From Candidatus Krumholzibacteriales bacterium (GTDB lineage: Bacteria; Krumholzibacteriota; Krumholzibacteriia; Krumholzibacteriales; WJIX01): a DNA stretch of 13,519 bases. A program made the position numbers and the translations under genes. Below the pieces are notes generated by a model. That model worked only from the letters and a program-made list of their open reading frames with translations, did not search any database and was not told the origin of the DNA. This document shows, in pieces, positions 1-8,300 of this stretch. The DNA is taken from assembly GCA_046483305.1 (NCBI GenBank), contig JAWODM010000012.1:1-13519 (forward strand), read 5' to 3'. Positions within the stretch are counted from its first letter, which is position 1; every line of letters starts with the position of its first letter.

Positions 1-420
1 TTCCCTGCAGGAGCACCCGGAAGCCCTTTCAAGAATCGCTTCTGTGTTCTCAGGCCTGCAAATGCTCTCTATCTTGGAAAGCCCTGTAATTGTCATATCT
101 CCGGACAGAAGCATTCTTATTATTCTCTTGGATCTTCCAAGAGCCCTCTCTGCCTTTATTCTTCTTACAGCCGTAGACTCCGAGTATTTAAGATACCTGG
201 TACAGAAATCGAACATCGATGAATACCCCTGTTCGAGATATAGCTTTCTTCTGTCGATCTCTCGAAGATAAAGCAGGATTTTTACCTTGAGTTTTCTTTC
301 TCTATCATTCAGAGAATCGAGGTTTCCAAGAAGATCTCTTGCCTTTAGTCTCTTAAGCTCGCACCGGAGCTTTCTGAACAGATCTTCGATTTTCTCTGGA
401 GTTTCCCTGGAAATGCTCAT
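1..420 (-). CDS. Partial (3' end outside window) N-terminal region of an HNH-endonuclease-associated / DUF222-like protein
   Basis: Manual translation from ATG at 420 is open for 140 codons to the window edge: MSISRETPEKIEDLFRKLRCELKRLKARDLLGNLDSLNDRERKLKVKILLYLREIDRRKLYLEQGYSSMFDFCTRYLKYSESTAVRRIKAERALG... GAGGAGG RBS at 428-434. The pattern ER..LLYLxEIDxRxLY..GYSSxFxFC..LxYSE..A.RRI resembles the N-terminus of proteins that carry a C-terminal HNH domain; the HNH itself is not in the window. Confidence 0.75.
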   Translation of the reverse strand, partial: MSISRETPEKIEDLFRKLRCELKRLKARDLLGNLDSLNDRERKLKVKILLYLREIDRRKLYLEQGYSSMFDFCTRYLKYSESTAVRRIKAERALGRSKRIIRMLLSGDMTITGLSKIESICRPENTEAILERASGCSCRE

Positions 421-468
421 AGCACGCCCTCCTCACGTTAAAACTTCCCCCCTTAAAGCATTTATTTA

Positions 469-477
469 ATTATACCA
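469..477 (-). promoter_or_regulatory. Extended -10 sigma70-type promoter (TGGTATAAT) for the HNH-like gene
   Basis: Minus strand reads TGTGGTATAAT: perfect TATAAT with a TGn extension about 50 nt upstream of the ATG at 420. No good -35. Confidence 0.5.
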
Positions 478-726
478 CAGCTTCTGGGGCGGGCTGTAAG
501 GGGCGCCAGGGCTGTTAAAAGAGGACAAAACGGGGAATAAGACAGGAGCAGGGGGGATAGGACAGCAGAGACCGCTTGCAGGGGCAACTGATTGATTATA
601 AAAGGGATATGGTAACTGCAGGCAGGCTGTAAGTTTCAGAGCTGTCAAGGGAAAAATGGAAATATTTCAGGAAAAATCAAAGCGAGTCAGACCAATAGTT
701 CTCCTGATAATAATCACGACTCACTC

Positions 727-755
727 TTGACTAAATTCTGAAATAGAGATAAAGT
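727..755 (+). promoter_or_regulatory. Putative sigma70 promoter of malK
   Basis: TTGACT (727-732), 17-nt spacer, TAAAGT (750-755); AAGGA RBS at 786-790 ahead of ATG 800. Confidence 0.55.
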
Positions 756-799
756 TCTGGAATAAAGATTACAGATACAGCTGAGAAGGAACAGCCATT

Positions 800-1933
800 A
801 TGTCAAAGGTGAAGTTCGAAGATGTAAAGAAGATCTACGACGGCAAGGTGCTTGCCGCCGAGGATATCAATATAACCGTGGAGGACAAGGAGCTGCTGGT
901 GCTGGTGGGGCCTTCCGGCTGCGGGAAGTCGACCGTACTGAGAATGGTCGCGGGGCTCGAGGAGGTGACCGAGGGCCGGATATTCTTCGACGACCGGGAG
1001 GTTACCGAGCTTGCCCCCAAGGACAGGAATATAGCGATGGTCTTCCAGAACTACGCCCTCTACCCTCACATGACCGTTGATGAGAATATGGCCTTCGGGC
1101 TCAAGCTGAGAAAAATGGATAAGGATGAGAGAAAGAAGCGGGTTAAGGAAGCCGCTGAAATACTCGGCATAGAGAAACTCCTCGGAAGGAAGCCGAAGGC
1201 GCTCTCGGGAGGACAGCGGCAGAGGGTCGCCCTGGGAAGGGCGATCGTAAGAAACCCCGACTGCTTCCTCTTCGACGAGCCGCTCTCCAACCTGGACGCC
1301 AAGATGAGAGTCCAGATGAGAACGGAGATAAGGCGGCTGAACCTCGAGATAAAGACCACCATGATCTACGTCACCCACGACCAGGTGGAGGCGATGACCC
1401 TGGGAGACCGGCTGGCGGTCATGAACGAGGGAAAGATACGTCAGATAGGGACCCCCATGGACCTCTACCACAGTCCGTCGGAGCTGTTCGTGGCATCATT
1501 CATCGGTTCGCCGGCGATGAATTTCATCACAGGAAAGATTTCCGGGGGTGACAGCCTTAAATTTGAATCGGAGCAGGTCAGCTTCGAACTGCCTGAGAGG
1601 TTCACGGCTCCGGTCAAGGAGAGCTCCGCCGACAAATTTATCCTGGGGGTCAGGCCTGAAGACCTTCATGTAGCCGAGCCTGAGCATATAGACGAAACCA
1701 TCCAGTTCGATACCGAACTGGATGTATCCGAACCGCTGGGTAACGAGATAATCTATCACCTGCTCTGCAAGGGGCTGAAACTGGTATCCCGCGATACGAC
1801 CAACATCGACGCCTCCCATGGCGATAAACTCAAGCTTTTCGTGGACCTGAACAAGATACACATCTTCGAGGGCGAAGGCGGCAGGTCGCTCCTTTATAAG
1901 GTTGAAGATAATTCTGGGAAAAAATCAAATTAG
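800..1933 (+). CDS. malK: Carbohydrate (CUT1) ABC transporter ATP-binding protein, MalK/MsmX/UgpC family
   Basis: Walker A GPSGCGKS, Q-loop AMVFQNYALYPHM, signature LSGGQRQR, Walker B/D-loop FLFDEPLSNLDAK, H-loop YVTHDQVEAM, FVASFIGSPAMN and a C-terminal TOBE-type region (LGVRPE). Confidence 0.95.
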   Translation: MSKVKFEDVKKIYDGKVLAAEDINITVEDKELLVLVGPSGCGKSTVLRMVAGLEEVTEGRIFFDDREVTELAPKDRNIAMVFQNYALYPHMTVDENMAFGLKLRKMDKDERKKRVKEAAEILGIEKLLGRKPKALSGGQRQRVALGRAIVRNPDCFLFDEPLSNLDAKMRVQMRTEIRRLNLEIKTTMIYVTHDQVEAMTLGDRLAVMNEGKIRQIGTPMDLYHSPSELFVASFIGSPAMNFITGKISGGDSLKFESEQVSFELPERFTAPVKESSADKFILGVRPEDLHVAEPEHIDETIQFDTELDVSEPLGNEIIYHLLCKGLKLVSRDTTNIDASHGDKLKLFVDLNKIHIFEGEGGRSLLYKVEDNSGKKSN

Positions 1934-2078
1934 CAGTTAACCCTTGAGAAAAACCCTCCGGAGCGCGAGCGGGCATGGATTTCTGATCCGCAGGATCAGA
2001 AAGAGCGAGCGCGAGGCGGGAGCGGCGATTTCCTCGCCGGGGAAATCGACCGCGGTTTTGCTCAAGGGTTAACTGCTA
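1931..2078. mobile_element. 148-bp MITE-like element with 25-bp terminal inverted repeats and internal hairpins; probably also the bidirectional terminator of convergent malK/malG
   Basis: TAGCAGTTAACCCTTGAGAAAAACC (1931-1955) matches the reverse complement of 2054-2078 (TAGCAGTTAACCCTTGAGCAAAACC) at 24/25. Internal stems: TTTCTGATCC-gca-GGATCAGAAA (1980-2002) and CGATTTCC..GGAAATCG (2026-2048). No ORF. Confidence 0.6.
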
Positions 2079-2084
2079 TCTATA

Positions 2085-2933
2085 CTATCCCTTTACCCCG
2101 CCCAGAGTAAGGCCTGAGATCAGGTATCTGCTGAGGAACAGGAACAGGATTACCGCCGGGATGCTGACCAGGACGCTTCCGGCGGCGTAGTTGGCCCATT
2201 CGGTCTGGAAGGTGCTGCTGAGGCTCTCCAGCCCCAGGGGAAGCGTGTAGAGATCGGATGTGTTTATAAGTACCCTTGCCACTATGAACTCCGACCAGCC
2301 GGTAATGAAGCTGAACAGGGCTGTAATAACCAGGGCGGGGACGGCAAGCGGAAGGGTGACTCTGGCAAAGGCCCCTATCGGGGTGGTACCGTCTATCATG
2401 GCGGCCTCTTCCAAGTCTACCGGTATGGTATCGTAGTAGCCCTTCATCATCCATATGCAGAAAGGAAGCGCCGTGGCGGTGTATGAAATTATCAGCGCGA
2501 ACAGGGTGTCCACCAGCGCCAGCTTCTTCATGATCACATAGAGGGGCAGAAGCAGCATGGTGGCCGGGAACATCTGGGTTACCAGCACAGCCACCATCCC
2601 CGCCTTCTTTCCCCTGAAGCGGAACCTGGAGAAGGCGTAGCCGGCGGTGGAGGCGAGTGAAACACCGAGCAGGGAAACCGCCAGGGTAACTATGGCGCTG
2701 TTCCTGAGCCAGGTGAAGAAGTTCTTCTTAAACATGACATTACTGTAGGCCTCCAGGGTGGCGCCCTCCGGGATAATGCTCAGAGAGGTGGAGAACAGCT
2801 GGTCTGCCGGCCGAAGCGATATCCCGAAGATCTGGACAATCGGGAAGACGGTTACCACGGTGATAACCAGGAGAACAGCATACACCAGCGCTGTTTTCAT
2901 ATTCCTCCTGAACCTGCTCTCTCTGATCGCCAT
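2085..2933 (-). CDS. malG: Sugar ABC transporter permease, MalG family
   Basis: About 6 hydrophobic segments; EAA loop IPVDLEEAAMIDG; QMFPA motif; TLPLGL; ends GLTLGGVKG, typical of maltose/maltodextrin MalG. Confidence 0.92.
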   Translation of the reverse strand: MAIRESRFRRNMKTALVYAVLLVITVVTVFPIVQIFGISLRPADQLFSTSLSIIPEGATLEAYSNVMFKKNFFTWLRNSAIVTLAVSLLGVSLASTAGYAFSRFRFRGKKAGMVAVLVTQMFPATMLLLPLYVIMKKLALVDTLFALIISYTATALPFCIWMMKGYYDTIPVDLEEAAMIDGTTPIGAFARVTLPLAVPALVITALFSFITGWSEFIVARVLINTSDLYTLPLGLESLSSTFQTEWANYAAGSVLVSIPAVILFLFLSRYLISGLTLGGVKG

Positions 2934-2941
2934 CTCTTACC

Positions 2942-3832
2942 TCAATATGCCTTTTCCAGAGTTTTAGTCTGCCTTAGATATATCAGGACTATGATAAGAA
3001 GTATTATGAATATAAATACCGAAAACGCCGCGGCGTACCCGTACCGGTAGTATGTGAAGGCCGCCTTGTACACGTAGGTGACCAGTATGTGCGACTTGTC
3101 CGAAGGCAGCCCGCCCTCGGTTACCAGCCATATCACGTTCAGGTTGTTAAAGGTCCATATGGTGCCCAGAACCAGAGCGGGGGCCAGGACCGGCTTCAGC
3201 ATCGGCAGGGTAACGTTGAAGAATTTCTGCCAGGGGGAGGCGCCGTCGATATCGGCCGCCTCGTACATATCTCTCGGTATGCTCTGAAGGCCTCCCAGGG
3301 TAACCACCATGATAAAGGGGAACCCCAGCCATATATTGGTGAGAATGGGAGCCACGAAAGCCCATATCTCGTTGGAGAACCACTCTATCGGCGGGATATG
3401 AAGCTTCTGCAGGATCAGGTTTATGGAGCCGTACCGGTAGTTGAACATCCCCTTCCAGGTAAGGGCGCTGATATACTGGGGCATCGCCCAGGGAAGTATC
3501 AGCAGGGCCCTGAACACTCCCCGGCCCGGAAGCTTCCTGTTGAGAAGCATCGCCACCGATATCCCTATAACCAGGTGGAAGAAGAGGTTGGTGAAAGTCC
3601 AGATCAGCGTCTTGAAGAAGTAGTAATAGAGGTCCGGCTCTGTCAGAAGCTCCCCGTAGTTGGCAAAACCCTTGAAGGTGTAATCCCGGATATGGTACAG
3701 GGACATATTGGTGGCGGAGATATAGAAGTTATAAATAAAGGGATAGACCACTACGCAGGCGATAACCGTCCCGGCGGGAAGAAGGAACAGCCATATTAAT
3801 TTCCTTGATTTCATCTTCATTCCCTGAGACAC
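2942..3832 (-). CDS. malF: Sugar ABC transporter permease, short MalF/MalC type (start may be ATG 3820 or 3814)
   Basis: RALLILPWAMP, NIWLGFPF, LQSIPRDMYEAADIDGAS (EAA loop), FNNLNVIWL, ILVTYVYKAAF. At 296 aa it lacks the large periplasmic loop of E. coli MalF. Confidence 0.92.
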   Translation of the reverse strand: MSQGMKMKSRKLIWLFLLPAGTVIACVVVYPFIYNFYISATNMSLYHIRDYTFKGFANYGELLTEPDLYYYFFKTLIWTFTNLFFHLVIGISVAMLLNRKLPGRGVFRALLILPWAMPQYISALTWKGMFNYRYGSINLILQKLHIPPIEWFSNEIWAFVAPILTNIWLGFPFIMVVTLGGLQSIPRDMYEAADIDGASPWQKFFNVTLPMLKPVLAPALVLGTIWTFNNLNVIWLVTEGGLPSDKSHILVTYVYKAAFTYYRYGYAAAFSVFIFIILLIIVLIYLRQTKTLEKAY

Positions 3833-3852
3833 GGGGGAACTGTATCGAACGC

Positions 3853-3869
3853 CTGACCCCCCCGGTCAG
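3853..3869. repeat. Short hairpin in the malE-malF intergenic spacer
   Basis: CTGACC-ccccc-GGTCAG, a 6-bp stem about 20 nt downstream of the malE stop on the transcript. Confidence 0.35.
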
Positions 3870-3889
3870 TTCTGAATCATTATTTTATT

Positions 3890-5131
3890 CTACCCTTTCA
3901 TCTCAACGATCTTCTCGTCCGCTCTCTCCTGCATCTTCCGGGCCGCCTCGGCCGGATCCATCCTCCCCCCCATCACAGACTGGTAGAACGGCCTGATGGC
4001 ATCCCAGATCGCCCTCATCTCCGGAATAAGCGGCATCGGCCGGCCATGCCCGGCCGCCCTCATCGAACCCCTTAGAACCTCGTTATCGAAGAGTTCTTCA
4101 TCCTCGTAAATCTCTTCCCTGCTGGGCAGTATAAGCAGTTCGGAGGTTATCTCCCGCTGAGCCTCCGCCGAGGTCAGGTGAGTCACCAGCTCCTTCACCA
4201 GCGCCAGCTTCTCTCCGGGGACGTTGACATTTATGGAGTACCCCTTGCTGGAAAGGGTGGGAGTGGGATACTTGCCGGTCTCCGCTATCTTCGGGATCGG
4301 AACCACCGCAATGTCCAATCCTGCTTCGATATACGCCTTCAGAGACCAGGGGCCGTTGATTATGAACGCGGCCTGCTTCTGCTTGAACATGGCGTCGCTG
4401 ACCTCGTAGTTACTCTCCCTGGGCAGAATCTCATGCTTATTTCTCATATCGGAGAGCAGCCGCAGGGCTTTCACCATCGGTCCGGTGTTCAGGGTAGGAT
4501 TCATATCCTCATCCACCATCCATCCCCCGTATCCTCCCAGGAAAGGCACCAGCCAGAACGGCTCCATGAAGTTGAATACCAGTCCGTAACGGTCGGTCAT
4601 CCCGTCCCCGTCCAGGTCCTCGGTCAGCTTCTGCGCCACATTGATCCATTCCTCGCTGTTCCGCGGAGCCTGGTCTACCAGCCCGCGGTTATATATCAGC
4701 ATCAGATGGTTCCCCACCTGGTCCGGGACCGCGTAAATATGCCCGCCCAGGGCGGCAACGCTCCCCTCCCTGAAACTGTCGAAGTATTCCGGGGGGAACT
4801 GATCTTCCAGGGGCATTATCAGCTTCATCACGGAGTACGGCCCCACCTTATCGGCCGGCCCGTAAACCAGGTCAGGCCCTCCGCCGGCCAGCGAGGCGGT
4901 CTGAAACTGGCTGTGCAGCTTGTCAGTCTCGAAATGGTCGGTGGATATCCTGACTCCGGGGTGTTTTGCCTCGAATGATCTGAGATGCTTTTTGAGAAGA
5001 ACCTGCTCTTCAGGGTCCTTCTGCTCCCAGATCACTATTCTGGTAGTTCCGTCCTCTCCGGAGCCCCCGCAGCCGGAAAGAATAACCGCGATTATTAACA
5101 GCATCCCTGAAATAAATTTTCTGAAATTCAT
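3890..5131 (-). CDS. malE: Maltose/maltodextrin-type extracellular solute-binding lipoprotein (SBP family 1)
   Basis: Type II signal peptide with lipobox LSGC (Cys21); GGGPDL, LIYNR, AAFIINGPWS and PMPLIPEMRAIW motifs resemble MalE/MdxE-like binders; AGGAGG RBS; first gene of the permease operon. Confidence 0.88.
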   Translation of the reverse strand: MNFRKFISGMLLIIAVILSGCGGSGEDGTTRIVIWEQKDPEEQVLLKKHLRSFEAKHPGVRISTDHFETDKLHSQFQTASLAGGGPDLVYGPADKVGPYSVMKLIMPLEDQFPPEYFDSFREGSVAALGGHIYAVPDQVGNHLMLIYNRGLVDQAPRNSEEWINVAQKLTEDLDGDGMTDRYGLVFNFMEPFWLVPFLGGYGGWMVDEDMNPTLNTGPMVKALRLLSDMRNKHEILPRESNYEVSDAMFKQKQAAFIINGPWSLKAYIEAGLDIAVVPIPKIAETGKYPTPTLSSKGYSINVNVPGEKLALVKELVTHLTSAEAQREITSELLILPSREEIYEDEELFDNEVLRGSMRAAGHGRPMPLIPEMRAIWDAIRPFYQSVMGGRMDPAEAARKMQERADEKIVEMKG

Positions 5132-5194
5132 ATTTTCCCTCCTGAGATTCAGTTTATATACCAGTATGCGATATTTATCAAATAAAATCTACGG

Positions 5195-5213
5195 GAAAGC
5201 AAACAATGCTTTC
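5195..5213. promoter_or_regulatory. Candidate operator (7-bp inverted repeat) in the divergent promoter region
   Basis: GAAAGCA-aacaa-TGCTTTC perfect inverted repeat, immediately followed by the palindrome AGAATATTCT (5215-5224). Confidence 0.3.
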
Positions 5214-5270
5214 GAGAATATTCTGGCCACGGCCGGTGAGGGGTACCGGATAAACCCTCCAATATTTTAC

Positions 5271-5300
5271 TTGCAATTGAAAGATATTTAAGGATAGAAT
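5271..5300 (+). promoter_or_regulatory. Putative sigma70 promoter for the 5343-13130 operon
   Basis: TTGCAA (5271-5276), 18-nt spacer, TAGAAT (5295-5300), 42 nt upstream of ATG 5343. Confidence 0.5.
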
Positions 5301-5342
5301 GTTCAGCGACGACAATCGGCAATATTCTTCGCAAAGGCGACT

Positions 5343-8300
5343 ATGAAGAAATCAGCACTGATAATTCTGTCACTTCTTCTGATTATATCCGTATCTCTAG
5401 CCAGGCCCTTCAAAACGCCGGTAATCGACGGTGTTATTACCGGAGACGGAAGCGACTGGGATTACGACGATCTACGGGTTGACGACCCCCTGGAAGATAC
5501 CGCATGGGAGTCCAACGATATAGACAACCTCTGGGCTACCTACGACAGCCTCAACCTCTATATAGGGATCCGCTACCAGGTGAGCGGCAACGCCATGCTG
5601 ATAATGGTGGATGCCGGAACCGGGACCGGAACCGGTGATATAAACAACCTGGACTGGTACCCGAGGAACTTCAATTTCCCCGATTCGCTCTCCTGCGAGT
5701 TCCTGATAGCCAACTGGGACGGAGGAGAGCTGGGAGTAAGAAGGATCACCGGAGACACCTCCACGGAGGATATCACATCTTCATGCGAAACGGCCAACCT
5801 CAGCGCCGGCAACTTCTTCTATGAAGGAGAGTTGAGGATACCATGGGATGTCATCTACGGCGGCGGGCCGGGGGAGGTCGCCGGTAACGCGGCGGTTCGG
5901 CTGGTCGCGGTGATCGCCGGCGGAGACAACTGGAACGGCCCCGATTCCGCGCCGGACAACCCGGGCATGGACGGATCGGGATCTCCCACTACTATATATA
6001 ATATGTACATTCTCCCGGTGGACAGGAACGGTGACGGGATGCCGGACCCCTTCCGGGGCTCCATATCCGGAAATGTCTCCCTGGACGACCCTCAGGATAA
6101 TTCCACCGTGGTCAACCTCTCCCTCTACTACCAGGGAAGCGCCCAGCTGGTGGAACAGACCGAAACAGCTCCCGGCGGAGGCGATTACACCTTCCTCCGC
6201 CTCAAGGATGCCTCGTATATGGTCAGTGCTTCCGCGCCCGGTTACGCCACTATCAACCGGTCCGGCCTGGCCGTCAGCGGGCAGGCTCCCCTTACCGGCG
6301 TTGATTTCCTGATGACCCAGGCGGGAAAGATTACCGGTGAGGTCGCTTTCGCCGACGGCCCCGGGAATGCGGGCACGGTGGCCGCTTACGATTCTGTAAC
6401 CGGAGCAATAGCCGGGCTGGGAGAAGTGGACATACCGGCTTCGGGGGGAAGCTTCGAGCTGGAGGTGCCGGACGGCACCTATTACGTAGTGGGCAGGGCG
6501 CCGGGATATGTCCCGGATACCACCATGGCGGTAGTTGAGAGCAGCGACAGCGTTTACGTGGGGACCATCAGTCTCAACACTGTCCGGGCTACCGGTATGG
6601 TATTGACAGATGAAGACGGGGATGAGATCTCAAGCATCAGCACCACTGTCAGTTTTCCCGATTCCGGAATTTATTTCTACGCCGCAGCCAGAGTGGAGGC
6701 CAGAGACGATCAGGGAAGGCTGGACCTGTTCGACGCCGCCGGGATACTCGACCAGGTGGCCCTCAGGGCAACCAAGCTCGATAATTATTCTCCACCCCGC
6801 GGCGATGTCAGATTTTACGACCGGGATACAGTTCCCCTGCCCGGCTCAACCATATCAATTACCGGCGGAACAGGGGAGTTCCTCATATCGGACAACCAGA
6901 TCGAGGTCCTGCGTATATTCACCGAGAGCGAGGCGGACAGTGTCCGGGGACGCTTCAAGCTGGGGGTAAGGTCTGCGGAACCGGAGTTCGTCAGCCTGAG
7001 CTCAGTCACCGACACCATAGTAGCAGATAATACCGATGAAGCCGCCATAGAGGGCCAGCTCCTGGATATCAGCGGAAACCCGGTTCAGATCGCGGGTATA
7101 GACGTTAATTTCTCAGTCGCTCCATCATCCACCGGCGAAGGGACCTTCAAGATACCGGCGGTTCAGACCAATGCCGAGGGGAGATTCTCAGCCTCGCTGA
7201 CCGCCACGGGAGCGGGGAATATCGATGTTACCGCCAGCTGTATATACAATAACAGGGAACTCGAGGTGACCGGAGAAGACGGAGAAGATTACGTCAGGAT
7301 AACCGCGTTGGCCGGAGATCCCGTATCCATAGTGCTGTCAAGTGAATCGGAGCGGATGGGGCTTGAGCAGTCGATGAACATATACGCCCAGCTGGTGGAT
7401 CAATACGGCAACCCGGTAACCCGGGGAGGGTACTCTCTTACCTTTTCACACGATCCTCCGGAGGCCGGGACTATCCAGCCTTCGTTCGCTGAGCTGGACA
7501 GCGAAGGTTCGGCAGCCGTAACTTTCACCTCCGACACCACCAGGTCGGCGGTAAGCGTTACCGCGCAATCATCTCCCCCCATAGAGGTGGAGGGCATCTC
7601 CTTCATGATAGAGAAGATACTGCTGTTCACTGATCCTCCTGCCCCGGAACCGGACCCGGCCCACAACAGCATACCCCAGATGGACCTGACCACCGTAACG
7701 CTCAGTAACACATCGGAGGCGATTAACATAACCGCCTCTTTCAGCACTGATTTCAGCGGCGTTCACATGATCGTCCTGCTGGAGACCGGTTACGGGGGCG
7801 CCGGCTACGGGGGAACCGACGACCCATTCGGATTCCCGGTATCCTACCAGCACCCCAACAAACCGGATTACGCCCTTACCTATAAATACTCATCCGATGA
7901 TTACGCCGACCTGAGGTTCTGGGACGGCGAGTGGGTATGGTGGGACGACGGCGCCGGGGAGTACAGAAACCAGAGCCAGGGATGGGTGGAAGGCGTCGAT
8001 ATCCAGTCTTCGTGGATAACCAGGGAGGCAGAGTCGGTCAACATCAGCATACCGCTTTATATATTCGACAGCCTGGAATACCCGGATTCGCTGGGGGTTC
8101 AGGTTTACATAACCCAGGAAGAGGATACCAAGAGGTCGGCCTTCGATTCGGCTCCTCACGATTCCACCCTGGATATCGATTTCGACCCCCTCTCTCCCGG
8201 CGCGGACTGGTCAATCACCGAAACACCGGTGGCGCTGAGATATTACTCGGAAAGATACCCCCTTGAACTCGATTTTCCGGCACCTCCGGTTCTATCCAAC

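Noticed and set aside
44..469. ORFs 44..271 and 287..469 (+)
   Set aside because: Antisense shadows of the minus-strand gene 1..420, which has an RBS and family-like motifs.
466..648. 60-aa minus-strand ORF
   Set aside because: TTG start, Pro-rich non-protein-like composition, overlaps the promoter region.
803..1861. Minus-strand ORFs within malK
   Set aside because: Antisense to a highly conserved ATPase; expected from codon bias.
3089..4978. 236-aa and 266-aa plus-strand ORFs
   Set aside because: Antisense shadows of malF and malE with no motifs.
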